Shown here: piece by piece, positions 38,581 to 49,300 of the stretch
How positions within the stretch are numbered: position 1 is the stretch's first letter
Layout: every line of letters starts with the position of its first letter
IMG/VR virus record: IMGVR_UViG_3300033066_000709
Span: 1-64,000 of that record
Length of the DNA: 64,000 nucleotides
Source: a virus
Lineage: Duplodnaviria > Caudoviricetes
Reading direction: 5' to 3' (one strand)
Notes under the pieces: model-generated
Databases searched by the model: none
What the model was told of the DNA's origin: nothing
Seen by the model: only the letters and a program-made list of their open reading frames with translations
Program-made: the position numbers and the translations under genes

Positions 38581-38820
38581 TCAATTATTTTTATATTTTT
38601 TATATAATATCTCATATATTGGCTCTTCAACTTTTTCATCTTTATTATTATACCAAACATCATTCTTTTTAATCCAGTTAATATTATATCCAAACCATAC
38701 AACTTCACCATTACTCATAATTCTTTCTATATAATATGGTTTTCCAACTAAACCAGAAAGTTCTGGTTCAGCTAATATTGATTCAAACTCACAGAGTTCT
38801 ATAGTAGAATATATCTTCAT
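38581..38820 (-). CDS. Hypothetical protein
   Basis: 79-aa ORF with ATGA overlap. Confidence 0.6.
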   Translation of the reverse strand: MKIYSTIELCEFESILAEPELSGLVGKPYYIERIMSNGEVVWFGYNINWIKKNDVWYNNKDEKVEEPIYEILYKKYKNN

Positions 38821-39011
38821 CGTAATAATCTTTCTCTTCTATTAATATAAAAATGCATATCAGCCATTGAAACGTTATAATGAAATAATAAATTATGCAA
38901 TACCATTTGTCGTTCCTTTAAAGATTCTTTTAAACCAAAATCTTTATCCATGATATCATATATTATTCCACATTTATTCCAAGTTATTAAATCAATTTGT
39001 TGATTGCTCAT
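38817..39011 (-). CDS. Hypothetical protein
   Basis: 64-aa ORF with ATGA overlap. Confidence 0.6.
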   Translation of the reverse strand: MSNQQIDLITWNKCGIIYDIMDKDFGLKESLKERQMVLHNLLFHYNVSMADMHFYINRRERLLR

Positions 39012-40363
39012 TTTTTAAATACGAAAATTGGTTCAAATTTATATTTTTTATCAGCATATTCGATAGTATTTCTTGTTTTAGGATTTTCACCACCTGTATT
39101 TTTATTTATACGTTTTATACCTAGAACTTCTTTTTCAGTTTGTTTAGTTTTATCAGATCGTTTGTCATTACCAGGCATTATACCAAAAACCATCTTATAA
39201 GTTTTAACATGTTCAAATCCACATTCTAATGCATACTTGACAGTATCAGCTTCTAATGGATGATATTTACTACCTTTATATTTAACATCTGCTATATTTA
39301 TCCAACATTCACCACCTTCTTTTAAAAGGTCATAAGTATTTTTTAACATCGGTTTTAAAAATCCTTTTGACCATGCTGGATAATCATTATCATATTTTAT
39401 ATAACTTTGTGTATCATCATTAGAATATAATTCTTTATTAAAATATGGAGGGCTTGTAAAGTGTACATCAAAAGTACCTAAAGCATTTTTAAATTTATCA
39501 TCATCTAATAAATTTTCTGCTGGTAAAGTAGCTTTATAAAAATTAAAATTATCATTTACAGAAACATTTTGTTTCCAAAATTCTATAAATTCGTAAAATC
39601 TATCATGCACTTTAGTATTAGGATCTGTACCCCAATAAGAAACTTTTTTATTATAAAGGTATGGTTCATCAGCTACAGATAATGCGGCAAGCATTCTACC
39701 ACCCCAACCACACGACGTATCTAATATATTGAATGAATCCTTTATATTTGTACGTTTTGCTACATCCAAATATATCCATTTAGCTAATGTACTAGGAAAA
39801 TTGTATACAGGTTGATTACCTGATACAATTCTCAAACATTGTATAAGAAAATCACTGATATTTTGTGCACCAGCTTTATATTCATCAACAGATTTAAATC
39901 TATCTTTAATTATAATATCACGAACATTTTTATAAAATTGTTCACTATCGTAAAATTGATCTGTAACTGCTTTACCTGAAGATATTTTTGTATCCCAAAT
40001 TTCTGGAAACCAATGATTAATAGCATTAGTATTTTTTGTATTGTATGATAATAATAAACTATAATCTAATTCATTTTCATCTTGAAAAATTATAGGTTTA
40101 ACTCCACCAATTTTACGAGTTAATCTATTTAATTCAATATCATGCATATTATTAAATTCTTTTAGATTATCAATAATATCATTTCTAGTTTTATTTGTGG
40201 CAAATACTGGATGGCTATTAGAATGCAATGATATAAAATGCAATCTTATTTTTTCAACATATTTTCTAAAATCTTCATCAGATAATGTTCTTAATATACC
40301 AACATTACAGTCGATATTCTCTGGAAAAATATCGACTGTAGTAAATTTAGGTTCACAATTCAT
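39008..40363 (-). CDS. Amino (N4-C/N6-A) DNA methyltransferase
   Basis: Motif I ILDTSCGWGGR, motif IV FTSPPY, then LKEGG..WINIAD and EPIFVF. Confidence 0.85.
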   Translation of the reverse strand: MNCEPKFTTVDIFPENIDCNVGILRTLSDEDFRKYVEKIRLHFISLHSNSHPVFATNKTRNDIIDNLKEFNNMHDIELNRLTRKIGGVKPIIFQDENELDYSLLLSYNTKNTNAINHWFPEIWDTKISSGKAVTDQFYDSEQFYKNVRDIIIKDRFKSVDEYKAGAQNISDFLIQCLRIVSGNQPVYNFPSTLAKWIYLDVAKRTNIKDSFNILDTSCGWGGRMLAALSVADEPYLYNKKVSYWGTDPNTKVHDRFYEFIEFWKQNVSVNDNFNFYKATLPAENLLDDDKFKNALGTFDVHFTSPPYFNKELYSNDDTQSYIKYDNDYPAWSKGFLKPMLKNTYDLLKEGGECWINIADVKYKGSKYHPLEADTVKYALECGFEHVKTYKMVFGIMPGNDKRSDKTKQTEKEVLGIKRINKNTGGENPKTRNTIEYADKKYKFEPIFVFKK

Positions 40364-40890
40364 TTTAAAATATTATGTCCGTGTAAAAAATTATACAATT
40401 GTTGGAAAAAGAAATCAAAATTTATAAAAGAATTTAATAATACAATAAAAAAGTAAAAACATATTATTTTTATACATGTGAAAAAAATCCATTTAATTGT
40501 CAAAATTCTAAATATTGGTATAAATTGTACTAAATATGAATATGTTCCTGGTTGGTATGTTATCTCAGGTGAAAGTATTTCGTGCAAATTTAACTGAGTT
40601 ATATAAAGGTATAATTTTTCAGATCTTTCTCTATATCTTAACTCTCTTACTTCTGGATCTTTTTCACCAAAATCCTCTGCTCTTAAATTTACTACTGTGT
40701 ATAATATACCAGTATAAGTATATCTTAAATTTAATTCTTTCCAAGAATCTGTATTTTTATATATATTTATAGTCTTTCTTATGAAAAGATAATTAAAAAT
40801 ATCTCTTATAACTAAAATTATAGTATCTTTAAAATTATCAAGCCATCTTTTTAAAAAGAATGGTCTATCTATTTCATTTTTAAATGTCAT
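40360..40890 (-). CDS. Hypothetical membrane protein
   Basis: C-terminal hydrophobic segment. Confidence 0.65.
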   Translation of the reverse strand: MTFKNEIDRPFFLKRWLDNFKDTIILVIRDIFNYLFIRKTINIYKNTDSWKELNLRYTYTGILYTVVNLRAEDFGEKDPEVRELRYRERSEKLYLYITQLNLHEILSPEITYQPGTYSYLVQFIPIFRILTIKWIFFTCIKIICFYFFIVLLNSFINFDFFFQQLYNFLHGHNILK

Positions 40891-41084
40891 TTTGATCTCT
40901 TTATTTATTCTTAATATCTACAATATATATTGTAATGATTTATATACTTATTATAAAGCTCATTTATAATAAGTTACTAACGTAAATCCTAAGTTCATTT
41001 ATAATTATCGCTAATCTGCATCATTAAATGATGTCATATTACATTTAAAATAAAAGAGTGTTTTATCTTTTATGTAATCCTATG

Positions 41085-41609
41085 TTATTTAACTTTTCCA
41101 ATCAAAATACTTAAAATACTATCTTGTATTTTATAAGCATTTAATGATTTAATATACTCTGTAGTATTATGTACATAATGTCTACGTGTTAGATATTGTT
41201 TAAAACTTTCGTTTTTCTTCAATTCTACACAATCTTCCCAAAGTTTATAATCTATAATCGAAAATATCCAATGGCTGTACTTGGCATAACCAAAACATTC
41301 TTCCTTTAGAGCGAATGTTTTTCTTTTTTTGGCTCTTCTCATACCAAAAAGATTATTACCGTCAAGTGCTAGTCTTGATTTATATCCTGTTTTATCAGAA
41401 TTATATCCAGATTCTTTAACTGATTGTAGAAAAACATATTTTGGAAATCTCATATCTAATTCCATAATTGCTTTTGCTACATTCTCTGTTGTTAGTGGTA
41501 ACTTTCCAAATTTATCTACCACTTTTTCAATATTTTGAGCTGAACTTAGGGAAAAACTTATCATCACAAATACTATAGTAGAGATTAAGAATTTATAAAA
41601 GTTTTTCAT
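41085..41609 (-). CDS. GH73 glucosaminidase-like hydrolase with signal peptide
   Basis: QSVKESG, NNLFGMR, YAKYSHWIFSIIDY. Confidence 0.75.
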   Translation of the reverse strand: MKNFYKFLISTIVFVMISFSLSSAQNIEKVVDKFGKLPLTTENVAKAIMELDMRFPKYVFLQSVKESGYNSDKTGYKSRLALDGNNLFGMRRAKKRKTFALKEECFGYAKYSHWIFSIIDYKLWEDCVELKKNESFKQYLTRRHYVHNTTEYIKSLNAYKIQDSILSILIGKVK

Positions 41610-41664
41610 AAATTCTCCATTCTATTATGTATTTAAAAAATTATATAACCATTTTTATTACATA

Positions 41665-42333
41665 TCACACCTCTTTGTTTATTTTTCTAACTTCATTTAT
41701 TATAGCATTTTTAATTAATGTTCTTCCTATTTTTATTCTAGATTTTATAGTATTTATTGGCAAATTATATTTTTTTGATAAATCTTTATACATCATATTA
41801 TGTATTTCTCTATCTATTAATATATCTCTATATAAATAGCTCAAATTGTGATCTATTTCATGACATATTAATACCATTATATTTCTTCTTTTTTCTCTAT
41901 CTTCCTTTTCGCCTATAATATCTTTAAATTCCGACATTGTATCATATTTAGAATTAACATTACTCAAATCTGATAATTCTATTGTAACTGATGTTTCTTC
42001 ATCAGAAGATTTAATTATATCATTTAAATATAATCTATTTTTTATAGACCTAAACTCGTTCATTATTTCATTTCTTGCTATAGTATATATCCATGTTATA
42101 AACATAGCCTTTCTATAATCATACATGTGTATATTAAATATAACTTTACTAAATGTTCTAGCCATTATTTCATTTACAGTATCTATATCAAATGTATTTG
42201 AACTTGTTTTTATTATAAAGTATTTTAAACCATTTATTAATTTGTTGTATAGTTTTGAAAAATCTTTACTACTTTTTGAATTTATAAAATTTATTGCCAA
42301 TTCTTGTATATTATCTTCTTGTTCATCAACCAT
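41665..42333 (-). CDS. ECF-type sigma-70 factor
   Basis: Region 2 FITWIYTIARN; region 4 YKDLSKKYNLPINTIKSRI. Confidence 0.88.
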   Translation of the reverse strand: MVDEQEDNIQELAINFINSKSSKDFSKLYNKLINGLKYFIIKTSSNTFDIDTVNEIMARTFSKVIFNIHMYDYRKAMFITWIYTIARNEIMNEFRSIKNRLYLNDIIKSSDEETSVTIELSDLSNVNSKYDTMSEFKDIIGEKEDREKRRNIMVLICHEIDHNLSYLYRDILIDREIHNMMYKDLSKKYNLPINTIKSRIKIGRTLIKNAIINEVRKINKEV

Positions 42334-42376
42334 TTATAACCTCTATAAAAATAATAAATAATTACTCAATATACTA

Positions 42377-42407
42377 CAAAAATACGACTTTTTTTTCATA
42401 TAAACAA
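42377..42407 (-). promoter_or_regulatory. Bacteroidota housekeeping-sigma promoter (-33 TTG, -7 TAnnTTTG)
   Basis: TTG-N20-TATTTTTG, 44 nt upstream of the sigma factor ATG. Confidence 0.7.
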
Positions 42408-42416
42408 GAAATAAAT

Positions 42417-42716
42417 TTAATCGGTTGAATTTATTTTATTATCTTTTTTATCGACTAGATAACTTAAAATAAACATATCATATATCGAATATATGAAAAA
42501 TACTGTTATCCAATCTAGTTGAGTATAATTTAATCTACTAAACACATTCATTAATAAAAACCATAATATGGTTGATCTATATATGGATTTTACAAGGCTA
42601 ACTAAAATAGTTAATATAAAAGATTTTATAAAAGATTTTTCATTTTTTGTATTTTTTACTGTTTCTGTATTATCTTCATTTTGAAGTCGGCGAACCTGGT
42701 CTATTATACTATCCAT
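42417..42716 (-). CDS. Hypothetical membrane protein
   Basis: 99 aa with two to three hydrophobic segments. Confidence 0.65.
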   Translation of the reverse strand: MDSIIDQVRRLQNEDNTETVKNTKNEKSFIKSFILTILVSLVKSIYRSTILWFLLMNVFSRLNYTQLDWITVFFIYSIYDMFILSYLVDKKDNKINSTD

Positions 42717-42753
42717 TTTTATACTAAAAATATTTAAAAAAATTATTTTTTAT

Positions 42754-42784
42754 ATTATACGAATTGCCATTTAAAATGTTTAAA
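42754..42784 (-). promoter_or_regulatory. Phage ECF-type promoter TTTAAACA-N15-CGTATAAT
   Basis: Exact motif; reads into the sigma factor operon. Confidence 0.75.
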
Positions 42785-42850
42785 TATCGTTATTTAGATT
42801 TTAAAATTTTTTATATATTTTAATAATAGTTTTATTTTATTTAAATGAAA

Positions 42851-42891
42851 ATAGCCAATACCAATCGTTACTAATGAATGATATTGGCTAT
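42851..42891. terminator. Hairpin, possible terminator
   Basis: atagccaata...tattggctat. Confidence 0.5.
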
Positions 42892-42960
42892 AATGATAGT
42901 CTAAAATTTATTTTTGATTCCTTAAAAATAATTTTAAACAAATTTTAAAAATCTCGTAAT

Positions 42961-43121
42961 CCTTGATGTCACCCTCCGAAAACTTAGAACTAACTTAAAG
43001 GTACTTAAAGGGCCTCCTTCCACCAACCTGATTTAAGCCTCCTACCAAACCTCCTACCAAACCTCCTACCAACCAGATTCCAACCTCCTTCCACCAACCA
43101 GATCTATCTATCACCTTTTTT
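42961..43121 (+). ncRNA. Candidate sRNA with five CCUCCU motifs
   Basis: GC-rich repeat island with an ECF-like promoter upstream (42933-42960) and T6 at the end. Confidence 0.3.
43013..43103. repeat. CCTCCT(A/TCC)ACCAA repeat array
   Basis: Five CCTCCT copies; 12-bp unit cctcctaccaaa x3; cctccttccaccaacc x2. Confidence 0.9.
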
Positions 43122-43304
43122 CCTATTGATAGATTCCTGATTTTTAGCATCTATACCCCATAAAGGAGATTTATTGATTTCTTTTTTAACATATTTCCAT
43201 ACTTTATCATTCTTCTGTGGTTCTATTGCTGCAAATGGTATTCTATAATTAGAAGTTTCAGATTTATTACCTTTAAATTCTTCGTATGATATTAGATTTT
43301 TCAT
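43104..43304 (-). CDS. Small protein with capsid-targeting-like leader (start revised to 43304)
   Basis: MKNLISYEEFK; ATG one nt after the tape measure stop. Confidence 0.6.
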   Translation of the reverse strand: MKNLISYEEFKGNKSETSNYRIPFAAIEPQKNDKVWKYVKKEINKSPLWGIDAKNQESINRKKGDR

Positions 43305-43305
43305 A

Positions 43306-46300
43306 TTATTTTCTACCTCCATCTTTTATTCTAAATTGTGCTTTACCACCAGTTAATATGTTTCCTAGATTTTGAATATCTTGTCTTAAACCTGATACAC
43401 CATCATTTAAAGAGTTATCAGGTTTTTTATTCTCATTTCTTATATTCTGTTCTTTAATCATAGTCATTAATTCTCTAATACTATCAACTAGCTCTTTATT
43501 GTCACTAGCTATTTGCTGTATATTCGTTGTATTAGTCGCTGGAGACGACGTTTTACTACTTTCTGTAGCTTTACTTATTAAATCTTTTATGCTTTCTGTA
43601 TTCGTTGCTACGAGTGTTGGATCTAATTTTACTAATTCTGTTATTTTATAATTTAAATCCGAGAAAGAATTCATTCTAGCCACATCAATACTGTTTATTT
43701 GGCTAACGTATTCTTTAAAGTCTCCTAAATGTTGTTTGAATGTTTTAGCAAATTTTGCAAATGGGTCATCTATTTTAGACCAACGTTCAAAGAATTGTAC
43801 TATCTTATCCATAGAATCCAAATTCTTTTTATCTATTTTTGCAGTTACAACATCTTTTATAAATAATTTTAAATCTTTTGTCATTGAACCTATTGTACCA
43901 TTATAATTAGTATCAACGACCTTTAATAAATCATTTATATTATTTTTCATAATTGGCATAATGCCTGTTAACCATTTATAAATATTATCATATCCATATT
44001 GTTTAATAATAGTACCTATAGCTTCTATTGGAGATTTAATAATCTCTGCAATAACCTGTTTTTTAGTTTCCCAATCAGAAACATTAAATTCTTTTTTATT
44101 TAAAGTTTCTGATAACATACCTATACTTGATATTGCTTCTTTTATATTTGATAATACAGATACACCTTTTTCTATCCAATAATTATTTAATAACCAAGAA
44201 TTTTTACCAAAGAAAGAATCTGATATTTCTATATTAGCTTTATCATTTGTTTGTGCTAATCCTAATGCACCAAATGGTGACAATGCAGTCTTTATTATAT
44301 TTTTTATATAATTTGCAGCATTATCAAAATTTATTTTTTTAGAATCTTCTGTACTACTTTTTAATATATCAGCTGCTTTTTGTATAAAATCCATACCATC
44401 CATACCAGCTTTTAATGTTTCTGCTCCAGCCTTTATATTTTCTTTTCTCATAGCCCAATAATTATTACCAAATTGTTGGGTTAAAAATGTTTTATCATTT
44501 TCGTTATTATTTTGTATCAGACCTATAGAACCTAACATTATTAATGTTGTCGAAACTATATCTTTAATATTTTTTTTCAATACATCAACATTTAAATTTT
44601 TATTTTTTTGAATGTCCATGTATGGTTGCAAACTTTTGGATATTGTTTCCAATTCTTTACCAACACCTGATATTGCTTTAACACCAGCTGCAATATCTTC
44701 TGCTTTAGCCATTGTAACTTTACCAGAACCTATTTCACCAAAAACAGTCGCTATTAATGATAATATATCTGTTATATTTTTCTTTATAGAAGGCATTTTC
44801 ATATTATCAATAGTAGAAAATGTTTTTAATCCATTAGCTATACCATTTAATATTTCACCAACACCTTTAACAGAATCTATACCTTTTTTAATAGATTCAT
44901 CATAAACCCAAACTTTCTTTTTATTACCAAATGAATCCGTACTTTCTATATAATCACCCTTTTTACCTATTTCTCCAAAAACATTACTAGTAGCTTTTAT
45001 AACTTCAATCATATTATAAGCTATAGAACCTTTTTCGTTAGGATTAAAAGAATCTGATTTAAATCCCATTTTTTCTAAACTAGCAAATGATTTTAAACCT
45101 TCAGCGATTTCAGAAAAAACTTTACCAACACCATTAACGGCCGATATACCTTTTTCCACATTAGTACTTGTAAATAAACCTGTACCCAAAAATCCCTTAT
45201 CACTTGTAGCCCCTATATCACCGAATGCTTTTGATATTAGATTTATTACGTCAGTTACACTTTTTGATATTTTTTCAACATCTATATTTTGTTTTGATAA
45301 ATCATCCCACATTCTTAAACCATTTGCAATTTCTGTAAATGTTTTACCTATATCTTTTACAGAATCAATACCTTTCTGAACATTTGATTTTGTTATTGTT
45401 ATACCAAATAAACTTAAACTATCATTTGCAATATTAGAAAATGCAGAACTTATCATTCCAATAGTTTTAGAGATACTATCTAATAATAATTTACCACCAT
45501 CTGTACCAAATAAACCTCTTGTTTTTTCATCAAATTGCATTAAACCTTCGGCAACAGATGTCAAAGCTTTACCAGATTCAAATGTAGACTCTATACCCTT
45601 TTGAATAGCAGATTTATCTAACGTCCATAAACCAAAGAAACTTGATGATGGATATTTAACACCCATAGCACCAAATGCTTCGCTTACTGCGGTAATACTT
45701 CTACCCATTTTTTCTAAAAATGAACCTGATTTAGCTAAACCATTTTGGTCTACCGTTAAATCTAATACTTTCATTTTTTCATTAAAATCTAATAAACCTT
45801 GTGATATAGATGTTAATGCTTTACCAGCATGTAATACTGTTTCAACACCTCGTTTAACATTATTTGGTCCTATACCAACAGCATTCATTATACCAGTTAA
45901 AAATCCGCTAAATCCTGTTTTACCATCAGAACCAACTAATGCAAATGCGGTTGTCAATTTTAATAATACATTAGCTATATCATCTATTGGGAATTTTGCC
46001 CAATCTAATTTCAATGCTTCTTGTAAACCATAAGTTAATGTTTTTAATGATAATGCCATACCTGTTACTGCAAATATACCACCAATTATAAATGGCGTTG
46101 CTAAACCTATTGCAGAATAACCCATACTTAAACCAGCCATTAATAATGCTAATTTACCAATACTACTCCACTCTACATCATTTAGCATTTTTAAAGATGA
46201 TAGAGAAGCTACAAATAAAGGTAATGATATAGACATACCAGTTATTGCTACTGATCCTAATATTATTAATGGCGAAAGTAAACCTATTATAGAATATCCT

Positions 46301-49300
46301 ATGCCAAATGCAACCATAGCTAAACCAATTTTCAATATATTCATTATATCTAATTCTGGTAATAATGACATAGATGCTAAACCTAATGTAAATATTGGTA
46401 AAGATACACCCATCATAATTGCTGATATTGAACCTAATATTATAAGTGGTGATAATAAACCTACTATACTAAACGCAACACCCATACCTATTATAACTAC
46501 AGCGCCTAATAATAATTGTCCAATATCTGATACAGACATAACACCTGATAATGCTAATAATCCAGGTGCAAATAATAATAAACCTATACCCATTAAAATT
46601 ACAGATGGTGCACCAATTATACCTATAGAAGCTATAGCAAATGCTATACCATATGCTATTAATACAGCAGCTCCTAATAATAATGTAGCTATATCATTTG
46701 TTTTTAGTGCTAAACTAAATACCGTTAAACCAATACCAAATGCTATAAGTCCCAATCCCATTACTATAGCTGTAGCTGCACCAGCTAATGAAAGAACACC
46801 AGCACCAATTAATGTAAATACTAAACCATATGATAATAATACAACAGAACCCATTAATAATGTACCAATATCCGATACTTTTACTGCTGCACTATATACA
46901 AGCAATCCTATTGAAAATAATGTTAATCCTATACCCATTGCTATAACAGCCAATGAGCCTAATGCTATATCAGTTACAAATTTACCTGCTAAACCAAAAA
47001 CAACTGCATATGCTAATATGGCAACTGAACCTAACAAGACTGTTCCAATATCAACCATTTTAATTATAGATGAATAAGCTAACATAGCTACGGAAAATAA
47101 TAATAATGATATACTCATTGCTATTAATGCTAACGAACCTAATGCTATTTTAGCAGAAGATTTACCAACAGAATCAAATATTTTTGTAGCTATAAACATT
47201 ATACCAAATCCAGCAGCTATAGATATCCAATCTATTTTACTTAAAAGCATACTTGCAGCAAATAAACTTAATGAAAATACCACCAATGCTGGTCCTAATC
47301 CAACTAAAATTAATGATAATTTCATAAGTTTAGCTGCACCTTTTGAAATTTCCTTTAATATTTTTATTGCGGTTGATATAAAAAATATACCTGCTAGTGC
47401 TATAGGTGCTATAGGTGCTATTAATGTAAATTTTAAAGCCATACTAAAAATACTTTTACCTATATTAGCCATGAAATCTGCACCCTTTTTAGCTTTCATT
47501 ATTATAGGATTATTGATAACTATTCTATCGAATAAAATAAACATCGAATCAAAAAGAGAATTTACCACCTTTATTTGTTTTGTGGCAAGTTTTAATTTCT
47601 TATCATCAAGAGAATTTAAACCAATTAATATATTATCAATAGATTTGAATATTGATGAAAATGCAAATTTCAATTTTAAAATATCAGTTATTTTAGGTAT
47701 ATTAAAATTCATCATCATTTTTATTAATGACATCACTGGTGTCATTATTATTTCTATACTCTTAGCTTTTGAATCTATTTTATTTTTTTTAATATAATCC
47801 GATATTGATGATATTGTTAAAAATAGCTCTGGTATAGATTCAAAAAATATATGTAATGAATCTATACTTTTTTCAGCTACTTTTGGTTTAATATCAATTT
47901 TAGTAAATTTTGAAAATAATTCAAAACTTTTGCCTAATATTAAATCCATATTACCAATAGTAGATTTAATATCAGCTGGTTTATATTTTTTTAATATTGC
48001 TGATATAGAACTAAAATTTACAAAACTAGAATTTAAAGCACTTAAAAATTCACCAAAAGTTTCTATATTTTTATTAGCAACTTTATAATTTATATCCATC
48101 ATTGATATTTTTTCAAACAATTCAAATGATGATGTTATAGTAGTTAATATGCCTGGTACATCATATTTTCTCATTATTCTGCCTAATAACCAAAAAGTTA
48201 AAGACATTTTTAATATTGACACTGAAATATTACCTAATGTTTCTGAACCATTAGTTAATATTTTCCTAATACCAAATAATCCAAACCAACCAACCATATT
48301 AGCCACTTTAAACATTGACCAAAATGATACCATAGCAAATGGTATAAATGGAAATATAAGTGCTGCTAATATAAAACTAATCTGCATACTTTTAATAGCT
48401 TTAACTATAGATTTAAAAACTTCAATAGATGTATCATATCTATCAGGATTTTGTGTTATTTTATCTAATAAATCTACTATTTTTCCAAATCCTCCAGATA
48501 TAGCTTCTGTTAATTTTATAAATTTATTAACTTTTGATTTTTTAATATCTGAAATTTCTTCTATGAATTTTACTAAACCTTTAGCTATTAAAACTAAAGT
48601 TTTATTTATATCTTTTTTTGGTATTTTTTTATGTAATAAAACATCGGATATTTTATCAACTATAGTTACAACATTATTGACTAAACTTTCTACATCAACT
48701 CTATCTTGTATTTTTGCATAATCTTTTAATGCACCAACAAAACCTTTCAATAATTCACCCATATTTTTTAAACCATGAGTTATTGTTTTCATATCTTCTG
48801 GTTTAAATCCACCAATAGTTGACGTTTTCTTATTTTTAGATTTTGCTTCTGATGGACTATCTATAGTTTTATTGGCACTTTTAAACATATTATCAAGTTT
48901 ACCAAATGATGAATCACTTGATTGTTTTTCAAAACCTTTTAGAGATGAAATACTATCACCTTGACCAGACATAGATCCTATAATAGAACCTAATACAGAT
49001 GTTTGCACATCTATAGATTTTTTAATAGCTGATAATAAAGATGGTACGTCTGTTAATGATTTAGATATTGTAGTTAATAAACTTTCACTAACAATTTTAT
49101 TATCTTTTTTAAATTCTTTTTTATCCTTTTTTGGTTCTGTTACATCTTTTTTAGATAATTCATCTATTTTACTATACATTTTACCAAATAAAGAATCAAA
49201 TACGGATGTTTGCACATCTATAGATTTTTTAATATCAGATAATAGGGATGGTACATCCATTAATGTGGTTGATATGGATGATAATAAACTTTGACTCTTA

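Noticed and set aside
43013-43103. CRISPR array interpretation of the CCTCCT repeats
   Set aside because: Units are 12-16 nt with no unique spacers, and there are no cas genes.
44612-48721. Long + strand ORFs such as 46301..47077 and 48149..48721
   Set aside because: Antisense shadows of the tape measure gene's codon bias; no independent motifs or start signals.
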